From Polyangia bacterium (GTDB taxonomy: Bacteria > Myxococcota_A > Polyangia > JAAYKL01), in assembly GCA_050287845.1 (NCBI GenBank), contig JBNKCR010000016.1, positions 1 to 59,519 of the forward strand: 59,519 nucleotides of DNA, given 5' to 3'. Of the stretch, positions 10,201-20,603 are shown piece by piece (within the stretch, counting starts at the first letter, position 1; the number at the start of each line of letters is the position of its first letter). The notes under the pieces were generated by a model. That model was not told the DNA's origin. It saw only the letters and a program-made list of their open reading frames with translations, and ran no database searches. The translations under genes were made by a program, and so were the position numbers.

Positions 10201-13200
10201 GCTGTGCCAGCACGTCGCGGTAGCTATCAATGGCGCCTTCCAGATCTTCAAGCTCCTCGCGCTGGAGGTCACCGATACGAAGCGTTAAATCCACCCAGGC
10301 CGCCTGGTCAACTGCCAACTCTTTTTGCCGTCTGAGATTTTCCAGCAGCTCATCGTAGTTCTTCTCTTTAGTGAAAAGCCGATCCAGTGCCAGGATAGCA
10401 TCCAGGTCTTCCGGATTGTCTTCCAGCACCAGTCGCCAGCACGAAATCGCCTCAAAAACATCGTCCAACTTCCCTTCATATAGCGACGCCATTGACGCCG
10501 CGATTTCCTTGCGCGATGCCACTTCGGTAAGCAATTCCAGATGCTGACGGCGAATGTCCACCAAATCCGACCATTTCGTTTTTCTCTCGTAAAGACGTTC
10601 AAGTGCCAGAATGGCATCCATCGAAGACGGATTGGCATCCAGAGCCGCCGCATAGGTGGCAATGGCACCATCCAGATCATTCATCAAATCTTCCTGAATG
10701 GCGCCTTTCGCTCTGAGCAGATCGCATTGATTGTCCAGATCAGGTGACTGATCTGCTTTTCTACCCAGAATCGCAACAAGGCTGTCCCAGTCTCCAACCA
10801 GGTTATACAACCCTTCGAGGGCATTGAGTGCCTCCATATCGGTGTCATCAATCTCCAGAACCTGAGAGAATGATTCAATGGCTTTCCGGGGCATATCCAG
10901 CTGCAGGTCATACGTTGCCCCGAGACGGAGCAGGAGCTCCTTCTTGAAATCAAGGTCATATATTTCATTCACTGCCGCAGAAATACCGGCGGCCAGGTCT
11001 TCCCAGTTCTCAATACCTTCCACCAGACGACACATCTCATCATAAGCAGACCTGTCCTGGGGATCGGCCCGGAACGCATTGGACAACGCCTCGAACGCCA
11101 GCAGGTAATTCTGCCCCCGGGTCTCGTGCAGCATGGCGATTTCCCGTAATTTCTCCACCTGTTCCCCGGGTGCATCCAGGTATCCCACCTGCGTCTGCAG
11201 AATCACAATCAGCTTCTTCCATTCGTCGGTTTCGCGATATACCGGTTCCAGAATATTGGCTATCCGCTCCCGCAAATCCTCGTTGAGAATAAGGCGTTCC
11301 AATTGGGATACCGATTCAACATCTCCCTCAGGCTCAGAAATGGCTTCCTCATAAAGATCCACCGCCGCACTGTGATCCTCCAGGTTCTCTTCCATGATTT
11401 TCGCCAGCTCCCGGCGAAGCGCATTGCGCTGGACAACCCCCGAAGCGATGTCAATCTGGCCGCGGAAATGGTCCGCCAAATCTCCGAATCGACCCGTCTG
11501 ATAGTACAGCCGATCCAGCGCATCTATCGTGCGCTCATCCCGGTCATCTATGTCCAGAATCTCGCGATAAATATCGATGGCGGCATCCCTGTCGTCCATT
11601 CTTTTTTCCTGGATTTCCGTCATCCGGAACAGGAAGTCTTTCTGACCCTCCATATCCACCGCGGCTTCAGCGGCGTCGCGATACAGCATCAGCAGTTCTC
11701 CCCAATCAGAAGTGGCGAGAAGCACCCGTTCCACAGCTACGAACGCCCTTGAATCATCGGGGTCGAACGCCATCAGACGCTTGTACGCCTCTTTTGCTTT
11801 CAGCGGCGCATCCAAACGATTTTCGTAGAGTTCCCCAAGCAGATAGCAGAGTTCGGCGGTCTCCGGTGTCTCTCCCACCACATCATCAAGTACTTCGGAC
11901 AGCACTTCGGCAAAACGATCCCAGTTTTCCAGCACACCCGCAAGGCGCACCAGCAAATCTCTGGAGTCGGTATCTTCGGGTTCCTCCCGGAACAGTCTGG
12001 CAAAGGTTTCAAACGCCTGCTCCAGGTTCCCCAGTTGCTCCTCATAGACAGTACCAATTCTTCGGAGCAATTCCTTTCTCTCAATTACGTCATCACATGC
12101 AGCCAGCTGCGCATCCAGAGCGCCTGCCAATTTCTCCCAGTTCCCCTGATGAGAGTACACCGGTTCCAGCAATACGGCCACGCGACTGCGCTGCTCTTCA
12201 TCCTCCATGTATTTTTCGAGCAGCGCCACCGTTTCCGCATGGTCCGGATTTTCATCCAATGCTTCTTTGAAAATATCGAACGCGTGCTCCTCATCCCCCA
12301 ACTTATCGTACACCAGCGTTCCCAGCTGATACGCCAACGCCACCCGGTTTTCCGGTTCCTGTTCGCGACGGCGAGTCAGCAGTTCCACCAGATCCGCCCA
12401 CCGCTCTTCAACCGGATACAATCGTTCGAGAGCCTTTACCGCATCAGGATTCATATCGTCCGTTTCAAGAATGGTCTCGTACGTCTGCACCGCGCCGGAA
12501 ATATCATCGAGCTTGTCCTCGCAGACCCTGGCCTGCTTGAACAGAATCTCCCGGCGCAGTGATTCGTCATAAATTCCCTGAACTTTCTGTCTGTAAATTT
12601 CGAAAAGCTCCAGATACTCCTCGCCAGCCTGGTAAATTTCTTCCAGCGCATTCATGGCCTGTTCGTTTTCCGCATTGGCGTCCATTATTTTCAGATAATA
12701 TTCCCGCGCGGTCTCCACGTCGTCCAGCATGCGGTACGACAATTCGGCCACCTGCAAATGACAGCGGGTCTGCAAATCCGAATCGAGAATATCCGGCGCC
12801 ACTTCCTGGAACAACGCCACCACGGCACCATGGCCGTCCACTGCCCCCATCAGTCGCTCCACATTATCCAGCAAATCGCTCAGCTCGCCACTGGATGCAC
12901 CGAAGCGAACCGCCTTACAATAAAACTCAAAGGCCCGCCCAATATCGTCAAGCCCCACTTCGCAAATTTCGGCCGCCTGGGAATAATACTCCGATTTTTC
13001 AAGGGCATCTTCGGTGTTCTCCGCCTGAATCATCAGATATTTTACCTGTTGAGCGTGATTGCCTTCCCGCTCTGCAATGGGCTTGAGAATTTCGATGGCT
13101 TCCGTCCGCGCCCGACTGTCGAGAAGCTGTTCCAACTCATATCGCGTATCTTTGTGTGACGAATCAATCTCCAGCGCCAACCCGAACTGTGCCACAGCGT

Positions 13201-16200
13201 CTTCCGGTTCATCCAAATGGTCTTTCTGCACACATCCAATTTTGTAATACAGATCCGTCTTATCCTGTTCGTCCTCAATCAACGGCAGCTGCATCTGATA
13301 ACACTCGTACAAATCGCCCCATCTTTCCGTCTGTTTGTACAATCGTTCCAGAGCAGACAGTGCCGTCATTCCCGGCCCCGTTTCGTTGTTGGCCTGAGTA
13401 TAGGCGTCGATGGCTTCATCCTGGTTTCGCAGTTTGTCTTCGAAAAGACCGGCCACCCGTATGAGAATATCCCGGCGCTTCATCACGTCATCTTCGTAGG
13501 TGGCCCGATGCTGCAGAATAGAAATCAGCTCTGTCCAATTTTCGTCAAGTGTGAACAACCGTTCCAGACCGCTCATAGCAGGAATATCTGCGTCGTCGAC
13601 CTCCAGAATTTCTTTAAAAAGGGCAATGGCATTCACGGAATTGTCCTGAACCGTTTCTTCCAGATTTGCCATGCGATGCAGCACCTGCTTCTGCTCATCC
13701 GGAGAATGCATCAGACTGGCTTTGATTCGCAACACTCTTATCAGTGAGGCAATGTTCTGGCTATGGCTTAAAATGGCATCCAGGGCCACAATTGCCGGCA
13801 TGGCCGTTTCCGCATTTTCCGGATCAAACAGGAGCAGAGACATATACGCCTGCTCCGCTTTTTCCAGGTCGCCAATCTGCTCTTCATACGTCAATGCAAT
13901 CGCCAGCCTGAACTTGGGAACCAACAAATCATCTTCCAGATTTGACGTGATTTCTTCGAGCAGTTTACAGAATTGCCCGTTGAAATTCTGTTCCACCGCC
14001 AGTCTGGAAATCTCTGCGAAAACCATTTCGTTGTCAGGTTCCAGCTTAAGCGCCTGACTGAGAACATCAAACGCGCCCTGTTCATCGTTAAGGCGACGCT
14101 CTCGAATGCCGGCTACCTTCAGCAGAATATCCACCTTCTCCGCTGGACTCAAGTTCTCGTCGTCCAGCATGATCATCAGTACATGGGCCAGAGGCTGCGC
14201 AGCGCCCTGATGTTCGTAATTCACCGAAAGCAACTGTGCCGCCCGAAGTTTCATTCTGTCAATTTCAAGCAGTCGCTCCAGCGCCTTCTGTGTCTTCATA
14301 TTCTCGGGATCCGCCTCAATCACCTGCTCGTAATAAAGAATTGCATCCTCGTAATTCTGTAACTTCTGCTCAGAAATTTCACCGATCCGGTACCGGATTG
14401 CCACGCCGTTATTGTCGCCGGCGGTCTGCAACTGGCTCAGCAATATATGAATCAAATCCTCCCAGCGTTCCGCTTCCTCATACAGATTCACCAAAGCGCT
14501 GATGGCCACCGCATGTTCCCCATCCACTTCCAGAACATCATTATATGCCTTGATGGATGCATCCACATCGTGCTGCACTTCGTATACAACAAAACAGATT
14601 TTCAGCAGCAGTTCCAGATAGCCACCGGTATACGAGTTCTTTTCCTTGGCCGTGTGGTAGAGCCTCAGCAAATCATCCCACCGCTCCATATTGGTGTACA
14701 GCTGCTCCAGGGCATTGAACGATTCAACCGCCTCAGGAATTTCTTCCAGAATCAGCAGATGAAACCGTTCCGCCGTCTGCGCCGATCCCAGTTCACTTTC
14801 GTAGAATGTTGCCAACTTCGAGGCCAGCTTCAACTTCATATGGTCTTCAATTTTATCACTGTCGAAAGCTTCCTGAAGCTTGATTCCCAAATCCTCGTTC
14901 ATTCCCAGACTCTGGGCATATCCACTGATTTTTTCCCACAATTCCGGATCGTTGGGTTCCTCATGCAGCGCCACTACCATGGTGTCGTAGGCCAAACGCT
15001 CATCGTCCAGTTTAATGGCGTAAATATCGGCAAGTCGGATGTGCAGTGCGATCCTTTCAAAAAGCTCCCGCGTGTTCTCTACAAGAATGGTGAGCACCCA
15101 GGCCAATCGCTTCCAGTCTTCCATGTCCACCAGATGGGGCTCCAGAATGCGGGCCACCGCGAACTGATGGTCAGCATCACGTAAAAATACATCCAATGCG
15201 GAAATGGCTTTGGGATCTCCGGGAAACGCCGAAAGGATTTCCTGATAAATACCCACCGCCCGACTTTTTTCATTCAGATTATCCACGTAAACAGCTGCCA
15301 GCTGAAACGCCTTATCCCGCCAAATGTCATCTCCCGGAGAAAGCAACGCTTTTCGGGACTCCAGAACTTCCGTCAAATCGCCCCAGCGTTCCGAGATTGA
15401 AAAAATGCGCTCCAGCGCTTCCAGCGCATCGGCGTCTCCGGCGTGTAATTCCAGAACATTCCGGTATTTGGCAGCGGCCCGTATGGAATCATCCATCGCC
15501 TCTTCGTACATCCGCGCCAATTCCAGCATCAGACTGCGCCGCATGTCCTCGTCATCCGTATTCTCGATTCGCATATCGAAAATCTTTTCGAGCTCCGACC
15601 ACTTGCCTGTGGAACGATAGATGGAATCCAATGCAAGCAGCGTATTCTCGTCGCTCGGATTGTCCTCCAATACTGCCTTGTACTGCGAAATGGCATCTTC
15701 CACATCCCCCAGCTTGTCCAGGGACAGAGCTGCAATGTGCTTTTCCATGGATGCCCGGCGTTTTCCCTTGAACGCGGCGATATTCTTTTTATATACATCC
15801 ACCAGCCGGTCAAACGCGTGGGCCTGTTCCGCAGCGGCTTCGAGGGTATCCCGAATAGATTTTTTGGTCGGCTTTTCTTCAAAGGCGCGAACCGCCCACT
15901 GGAACGCCAGCTCGCGATTGTTCATCTTCGTAGCGGCCAGCTCGCGAATCGCATCCATCCGCTCAATGCGATCGTCCTTGTCGTCGATCTCATTCAGCGT
16001 CAGTTCAAGTACGCCGAGCAACCGGCTCCATTTTTCAGCGCGCTCATAAATGGGAATCAATGCATTGGCCGCCCGCATGTTTTCCTCATCCACCGACAGC
16101 ACCCGTTCGTAATGCCGAACGGCGCGATCCGGCTGCTGAATTTTATCCTCGTATATTTCCGCACACCGGAACGAAAGTTGAATCCGGGTTTCCACATCTT

Positions 16201-18400
16201 TGGTTCTGTCCGCCGCAATACCGAATACCTCCACCAGCGTTTCGTAGTCCTCAGCCTCAGTGAACAGGGCTTCCAGTGCATCCCAGTTTTCTGATTCCTG
16301 ATACGCTTCCTTCAATGACCGTAGCGCCTTGGGATTTCTGGGATCAATCACCAGCAACTTTTTCCAGGCTTCCGCCGCCAGTGCCGGCTCCTTGGCCCGA
16401 TCTTTATAAATGGTGCCAAGGCGAGTGAGCAGAGAGACTTTTTCGGCGGCATCCGACTCCGATTCAATTCGAATCTGCAACACCCGGGCAACGCCATCCC
16501 AGTCTTTCTTGCGCTCGGTCAACTTTTCGAGATTTGACAGCACTTCCGAAGTGTTCTCATCTATCTCGTACAAACGCCACCACAGGGCAATCGCTCTGTC
16601 ATGATCATTCAACCGATCCTGCGCGGTTTCCGCCATCTCCCGGAGCACTACCGCCTTCCGCTCATCCAGCGACAGTTCAAATTCTTTTTCGAGCAGCGCC
16701 ATCAAAGGCTTCCACGCCCGCCGTTTTTCATAGATTCCCTTCAGCGCGTGAATCGCCTCCCGGTTTTCAGGATCCAGTTCGAGAATCTGTTCCAGGGGAT
16801 CGACTGCCTTGTTGAAGTTGTTGAACTGTCCCACCCACAGATTGGCAATGCGATTGAGCAGTGCAATCTTTTCGGAATCGTCCTCGGTGATATTCAGCCG
16901 CTTGGTCAGAATCTTAATCAAATCGTTCCATCGGCCCGCACTCTCAAACGCCTCGGTGAGATTGTCCAACGCGCTCAAATTGTCGGGGGCCAGTTCCAGA
17001 ATGGAATGGTATACTTTGACGACCATCATCTCCAGGGACAGTTCATCCCGATAAATCTCGGCCATTTCCTCATATTTTTCAACCTTGGCATCCACGTCCG
17101 CATCGCCGAGTTCTTCGAGCTCGGTTTTCAGAATATCCACCAGGTTGTTCCATTTTCCGGATTGTCGATACAGGGTTTTAAGCTGCTCCCGGGCTTCAAT
17201 ATTATCCGCTTCTTTACGCAACACCTTTTTCCAGGAATCAATCGCTTTTTCCACGTTGCCGGCATCTTCAGACAACTGGGCCACTTCGCGAATCAGGCTC
17301 TCCTTTAATTCCTGAGAGTCCGTGCTGCGCATGGCACTTTCGAGCACTTTCAGCAACAACACCTTGTTCTGGGTGTGCGCTGCATACTGTCGATAAAAAT
17401 CCAACATACCGGGATGGGCCGGTGCCAGTTTGGAAAGACGCTTGAAATATTTTTCGGCCGCATTCAAATCATCGCGGAAACGCCAATGCACCATCCCCAC
17501 CTGCATACAGGCGGCAATCTCTTCTTCCTCGCCCAGTTTCCCGTGCAGTGTATCTTCGTACACCGCGACCAGATGGTCCCAGTCTTCGCGTTCTTCGTAA
17601 TATTTCACAAGAAACTTGAGCGCCGTACTGTGGCCGGGCTGATAGTCGAGCACTTCGGCAAAACAGCGCACCGCTTCTTCTTTATCTTCCACGCGATGGG
17701 CAAACGTATATCCAGCGGCCAGATACATCTGCAATCTTTCGTTTTTACCCCGGCGCTTTGACGCCAGCGTCAGATACAGTTCACCGAGCTTTCGCCACTC
17801 CGCACGGGATTCGTAGATTCTCTCCAGCAATCGGGCGGCTTTCTGGTGGGTGGGGTCTTCTTCTACGGCAGCATTGAGCAGGGGCAGTATCTCTTCATTC
17901 TCCGGCTCGTTCTTGTACAGGCGCTCCGCGGCACTGTAAAGCATGTGGGCGCGCAAAGAAGAGTCCGTCGCCGCTTCGGCCTGCTCCTTGAAGGTGGCCA
18001 CGATTTCGCTGTACCGCTCGCGCTCAGCGCGAATCAAGGTTACCTTTTCCTGGATTTCCTCATCCCCGGGTAACAGTTCGGCCACCCGCTCAATCCTGGT
18101 CAGGGCTTTCTCCTGGTCGAACAGCTCCTCATCGAGAATTTTCGCCTGCTGCATCAGCAAATCCGCTTCCCGACGCTCATCCGCGGCAATGACGCACTGA
18201 ATTTCTATCAACTCGCTGGCAGCCTGAAACCGTCCAGCTTTCAGCAAACGCTGCACCCCGTCGCTGAATTCCTTTTCAATCTCGGATAATTCTTCCGGCA
18301 ATCCGTCACCGGTAACAATTTCTTCCAATTCCGTGATGATTTCAGTGCTTGTGGGGTTGTGTTCGAGTGAAGAAACGAGCGACTTGATGCGTTCTATCAT
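7217..18400 (-). CDS. Giant (~3730 aa) TPR-repeat protein, AgmK/GltI-like
   Basis: Uninterrupted ORF of acidic TPR-like repeats (xxLERLYxxxxxWxxL); C-terminal FRALLLQR..KADVY resembles myxobacterial AgmK; ATG 18400 follows AAGG-rich upstream (alt start 18487). Confidence 0.85.
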   Translation of the reverse strand: MIERIKSLVSSLEHNPTSTEIITELEEIVTGDGLPEELSEIEKEFSDGVQRLLKAGRFQAASELIEIQCVIAADERREADLLMQQAKILDEELFDQEKALTRIERVAELLPGDEEIQEKVTLIRAERERYSEIVATFKEQAEAATDSSLRAHMLYSAAERLYKNEPENEEILPLLNAAVEEDPTHQKAARLLERIYESRAEWRKLGELYLTLASKRRGKNERLQMYLAAGYTFAHRVEDKEEAVRCFAEVLDYQPGHSTALKFLVKYYEEREDWDHLVAVYEDTLHGKLGEEEEIAACMQVGMVHWRFRDDLNAAEKYFKRLSKLAPAHPGMLDFYRQYAAHTQNKVLLLKVLESAMRSTDSQELKESLIREVAQLSEDAGNVEKAIDSWKKVLRKEADNIEAREQLKTLYRQSGKWNNLVDILKTELEELGDADVDAKVEKYEEMAEIYRDELSLEMMVVKVYHSILELAPDNLSALDNLTEAFESAGRWNDLIKILTKRLNITEDDSEKIALLNRIANLWVGQFNNFNKAVDPLEQILELDPENREAIHALKGIYEKRRAWKPLMALLEKEFELSLDERKAVVLREMAETAQDRLNDHDRAIALWWRLYEIDENTSEVLSNLEKLTERKKDWDGVARVLQIRIESESDAAEKVSLLTRLGTIYKDRAKEPALAAEAWKKLLVIDPRNPKALRSLKEAYQESENWDALEALFTEAEDYETLVEVFGIAADRTKDVETRIQLSFRCAEIYEDKIQQPDRAVRHYERVLSVDEENMRAANALIPIYERAEKWSRLLGVLELTLNEIDDKDDRIERMDAIRELAATKMNNRELAFQWAVRAFEEKPTKKSIRDTLEAAAEQAHAFDRLVDVYKKNIAAFKGKRRASMEKHIAALSLDKLGDVEDAISQYKAVLEDNPSDENTLLALDSIYRSTGKWSELEKIFDMRIENTDDEDMRRSLMLELARMYEEAMDDSIRAAAKYRNVLELHAGDADALEALERIFSISERWGDLTEVLESRKALLSPGDDIWRDKAFQLAAVYVDNLNEKSRAVGIYQEILSAFPGDPKAISALDVFLRDADHQFAVARILEPHLVDMEDWKRLAWVLTILVENTRELFERIALHIRLADIYAIKLDDERLAYDTMVVALHEEPNDPELWEKISGYAQSLGMNEDLGIKLQEAFDSDKIEDHMKLKLASKLATFYESELGSAQTAERFHLLILEEIPEAVESFNALEQLYTNMERWDDLLRLYHTAKEKNSYTGGYLELLLKICFVVYEVQHDVDASIKAYNDVLEVDGEHAVAISALVNLYEEAERWEDLIHILLSQLQTAGDNNGVAIRYRIGEISEQKLQNYEDAILYYEQVIEADPENMKTQKALERLLEIDRMKLRAAQLLSVNYEHQGAAQPLAHVLMIMLDDENLSPAEKVDILLKVAGIRERRLNDEQGAFDVLSQALKLEPDNEMVFAEISRLAVEQNFNGQFCKLLEEITSNLEDDLLVPKFRLAIALTYEEQIGDLEKAEQAYMSLLLFDPENAETAMPAIVALDAILSHSQNIASLIRVLRIKASLMHSPDEQKQVLHRMANLEETVQDNSVNAIALFKEILEVDDADIPAMSGLERLFTLDENWTELISILQHRATYEDDVMKRRDILIRVAGLFEDKLRNQDEAIDAYTQANNETGPGMTALSALERLYKQTERWGDLYECYQMQLPLIEDEQDKTDLYYKIGCVQKDHLDEPEDAVAQFGLALEIDSSHKDTRYELEQLLDSRARTEAIEILKPIAEREGNHAQQVKYLMIQAENTEDALEKSEYYSQAAEICEVGLDDIGRAFEFYCKAVRFGASSGELSDLLDNVERLMGAVDGHGAVVALFQEVAPDILDSDLQTRCHLQVAELSYRMLDDVETAREYYLKIMDANAENEQAMNALEEIYQAGEEYLELFEIYRQKVQGIYDESLRREILFKQARVCEDKLDDISGAVQTYETILETDDMNPDAVKALERLYPVEERWADLVELLTRRREQEPENRVALAYQLGTLVYDKLGDEEHAFDIFKEALDENPDHAETVALLEKYMEDEEQRSRVAVLLEPVYSHQGNWEKLAGALDAQLAACDDVIERKELLRRIGTVYEEQLGNLEQAFETFARLFREEPEDTDSRDLLVRLAGVLENWDRFAEVLSEVLDDVVGETPETAELCYLLGELYENRLDAPLKAKEAYKRLMAFDPDDSRAFVAVERVLLATSDWGELLMLYRDAAEAAVDMEGQKDFLFRMTEIQEKRMDDRDAAIDIYREILDIDDRDERTIDALDRLYYQTGRFGDLADHFRGQIDIASGVVQRNALRRELAKIMEENLEDHSAAVDLYEEAISEPEGDVESVSQLERLILNEDLRERIANILEPVYRETDEWKKLIVILQTQVGYLDAPGEQVEKLREIAMLHETRGQNYLLAFEALSNAFRADPQDRSAYDEMCRLVEGIENWEDLAAGISAAVNEIYDLDFKKELLLRLGATYDLQLDMPRKAIESFSQVLEIDDTDMEALNALEGLYNLVGDWDSLVAILGRKADQSPDLDNQCDLLRAKGAIQEDLMNDLDGAIATYAAALDANPSSMDAILALERLYERKTKWSDLVDIRRQHLELLTEVASRKEIAASMASLYEGKLDDVFEAISCWRLVLEDNPEDLDAILALDRLFTKEKNYDELLENLRRQKELAVDQAAWVDLTLRIGDLQREELEDLEGAIDSYRDVLAQQPTHKGALDRLEELARDESVRMSAIEVLEPLHYEAGRYDRLVDIVELKIELIDDPAERLETLLGLAELHMTGRSVPRDAFATYVRALKEDPSRMDTIARLEDIAMAEDMYRELAEVYEKITEDMYDSSAEKAILMKLGEIKEVQMGDRLSAINAYRRIFDNGDMSEEVLTALDRLYEREQKWSELDEILEQEIQVSSDISEINRLKLRQGRIKEDNFEDHAGAIAVYRDVVEIAADNDEAVHALEVMLRYDDFVVDISEVLKPAYELRGEQHKVAKLLESKLAIAEDEVDRVELYKELSQHHELVVQDSGAAFDAMAKAFALVPDDPELMMEIERLAEVTGSWAALVELAEKAVMESGIDPESKISVGLKIAQWAYHRVGDLHKAEILYQKVLEQDPEHQDALGALVELLRTLGRFNELLPVLQKQADIAYDYNQKKIILVQAAKICQVELNSPENAISYYRQVLENDEADLEVLDALIDLNEETEDFEQLVEVLLARASFTSDVAQSNGFRHRAGALYMGPLNSVEKAVDVYREILEMEPTDSDALDKLESAFKNAERWIDLQEVYQHRLDVSETDDARVDVLRLLARLSEQKFEELEDAVERWGEITMVRPDDREALEAQERIFRSQERWQDLVDLFELQMNSAVDRGDGNSELRLLVQMGEILQEQLDDTMRATEIYERVLERDPNHTRALSALAKLYEAEGDWDKVAEVLHQAAQTNGAGEDAAEVHYRLAVLNESHLNDMEKALNSLQTAVSLYPAHRKANERLVELCRESGDAQGLLDALVRQESAVTSDGERFEKLMEIAEVQAELLQDLSGSVTTLEKAYQLDQSNIDVLLKLSDAYVDAGRSADAIPVMENLIDAETRGGKKRSKKAAVYHQKLARAFMAQGQGDQALEHLEAAYKMDISNIEVLVTLGKLHYEMNDLDKAAKLFRALLLQRFDSAGGLTKADVYCYVGEIQLQQGDPRKAKGMFRRGLDEDAEHIGCKEGIEKC

Positions 18401-18692
18401 ATGCCTTGCCCTTACCTTACCAATCGCCGTCGGATAAGACGGAGTTAAAACGGTTGACTGAAACGGTAACTGCTTACCCTCTTCCATTTAATTCCCAGAA
18501 AACGCTGGAATTGTGAGTTTACACATTAAGTTGTAAGAGTCTAGAAGTACACTGATAAAAAGGCAACACTGTATAATTCTTATAGGAAAACTGAACAGGT
18601 TTCCAGTAGCCCATTTCGGGGAGCCACGAAAGCCGTTGCCGAGGTCAACTGAAACATATATAGTTCGTCGGCGAAAAAAAACGGAACGATGA

Positions 18693-20561
18693 ATGGCAAA
18701 TGGTTCTCAAAAAATAACACGGCTCGGCAGATACGATTTACGGGAAGAAATCGGGCGCGGGGGAATGGCAACGGTTTATCGGGGATATGATTCCATCCTG
18801 AAGCGGGACGTGGCCGTGAAGGTGCTTCATCCCCACCTGGTCAGTCACGAGGAAGCCAGAGCGCGATTTGAGCGGGAAGCCCGATCCGTTGCCAGACTGC
18901 ACCACAATTCAATCGTTGAAATATACGATTACGCAGAGGCCGAATCAGGCGAAGTCTATATCGTGATGGAACTGGTGGACGGCTACACCCTGCGCGAGTT
19001 TCTGCTGGAACACACCGGACATCCCCTGATGGCCGAAGGCGCTGCACTGATTGCCCGGCAGATATTTGTGGCCCTCAAAGCTGCCCACGCCAAGGGGATC
19101 GTGCACCGGGACGTGAAGCCCGAGAATATTCTCATCAGCAAAAATGGCCAGATTCAACTGTCGGATTTCGGGATTGCGTTTCTCGCAGGGATTGGACAGA
19201 TGACCGCCACCGGCCAGATCCTCGGATCCCCAACCTATATGTCGCCGGAACACATCGAGAGCCCGGCAGTCGACGCCCGGGCGGATATCTTTTCCCTGGG
19301 CACCATTCTCTATGAAATGACGGTGGGCCTGACACCGTTTATGGGCAACAATCCCCATCAGATCATAAAAAGGGTGGTAGAGGGCTACTATGATCACCCA
19401 CTGAGTGTGAACCCGTCGGTCGGACATCCCCTGGCATCCATCATCGTCAAATGTCTGCAGCAGCAGCCGGAACGGCGATATCAGACAGCGGACGAAGCCA
19501 TCGAAGATTTGGATTTCGCGCTGACCCAGATGGGTCTTACGGATTTTGAAAAAGAGCAGATGGCCTACATCGCCAATCCCAACGGATGGGAACAGGACCA
19601 CATTGACCACATTGTGGCCAGAACTCTTCAGATGGGGAAGGATGCCCAGAAGCACAAACACCTGCCGGAGGCGATGAACCACCTGAATCGGGTGCTGGCC
19701 ATTGAACCCGACAACGAAGCGGCGCTGGGCATTGTGAATGTACTCTCCCGGCGACGTCAGTTTCGACGGAATATGGAGCGCATCGGCAGTCTGGTAGCGG
19801 TCGCCGCAGTGGTCATCATCGTGCTGGCCGGTATTGTTCTGTACCGATGGGATCAGCCGTCGCCCCCCGGCGCCACCAATGACACCGAATCTTCTCCCGA
19901 TATACCCGGCCTGCCGGATACCACTTCGATAGCCGAATCGGACACGGATTCCATCACCGACAGCGCCGGAACCCGTCTTTTTGAAAATCGGCCAAGCGGT
20001 ATCATTCCCATCGGCGACAGTGAAACCGATACGTCATCGGAGGTCACCCCGGATTCCGACTCGGAACCGTTGCGCAGAATGCGATCCCATCCTGTGGAAG
20101 TCCCCAGAAAACGGACGGTGATTTTCAATCCCATTCCCATGAGTGTGGACATCCTGATTGACAACAGTGAGCGGTTTACCTTCAAAGCCACGGACCGTGC
20201 GCGGGACCTGGACCCCGGCAATCACAATGTCAAGTTCATCCCAGTGGATGATCGCCTCGAAACCCTCACGGAGACCATCACGGTGGAAAGCGATGACGCC
20301 CCCCTGACTGTACCCGCGCGTTTACGATGGAAGCCCGGAAAGTTGCTGGTAAAATCCAACGTTGAAACCGATGTGGCCGTTAATGGTCGTGCACTGGGCC
20401 GCACCAACAGTGTCATGGAACTGGACATAAAAAATGGTCCCACCACCCAATTTCGCATTTTATTGAGCGCCAGGGGTTATCATCCCACAGAAAAACTGGT
20501 ATCTGTAAGTGCCGGGAAAACGACAGAAATCGTTGTTCAACTCGAAAGCGAACATCCCTGA
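18693..20561 (+). CDS. Hanks-type Ser/Thr kinase with TPR, TM and C-terminal PEGA-like domain
   Basis: IGRGGMATVY, VAVK, HRDVKPEN, DFG, YMSPE, DIFSLG; TM LVAVAAVVIIVLAGIVLY; C-terminal beta domain. Confidence 0.93.
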   Translation: MANGSQKITRLGRYDLREEIGRGGMATVYRGYDSILKRDVAVKVLHPHLVSHEEARARFEREARSVARLHHNSIVEIYDYAEAESGEVYIVMELVDGYTLREFLLEHTGHPLMAEGAALIARQIFVALKAAHAKGIVHRDVKPENILISKNGQIQLSDFGIAFLAGIGQMTATGQILGSPTYMSPEHIESPAVDARADIFSLGTILYEMTVGLTPFMGNNPHQIIKRVVEGYYDHPLSVNPSVGHPLASIIVKCLQQQPERRYQTADEAIEDLDFALTQMGLTDFEKEQMAYIANPNGWEQDHIDHIVARTLQMGKDAQKHKHLPEAMNHLNRVLAIEPDNEAALGIVNVLSRRRQFRRNMERIGSLVAVAAVVIIVLAGIVLYRWDQPSPPGATNDTESSPDIPGLPDTTSIAESDTDSITDSAGTRLFENRPSGIIPIGDSETDTSSEVTPDSDSEPLRRMRSHPVEVPRKRTVIFNPIPMSVDILIDNSERFTFKATDRARDLDPGNHNVKFIPVDDRLETLTETITVESDDAPLTVPARLRWKPGKLLVKSNVETDVAVNGRALGRTNSVMELDIKNGPTTQFRILLSARGYHPTEKLVSVSAGKTTEIVVQLESEHP

Positions 20562-20603
20562 CCCCGGTCAGTAGTCTGTCGAAATAAGGGTACCAATATC
20601 AAC

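Noticed and set aside
7429..18200. Many 60-430 aa antisense/alternate-frame ORFs inside the giant TPR gene
   Set aside because: No motifs; expected shadows of biased codon usage.
18600..18680. Possible riboswitch upstream of kinase
   Set aside because: Weak pairing only; no match to a riboswitch consensus I can recognise.
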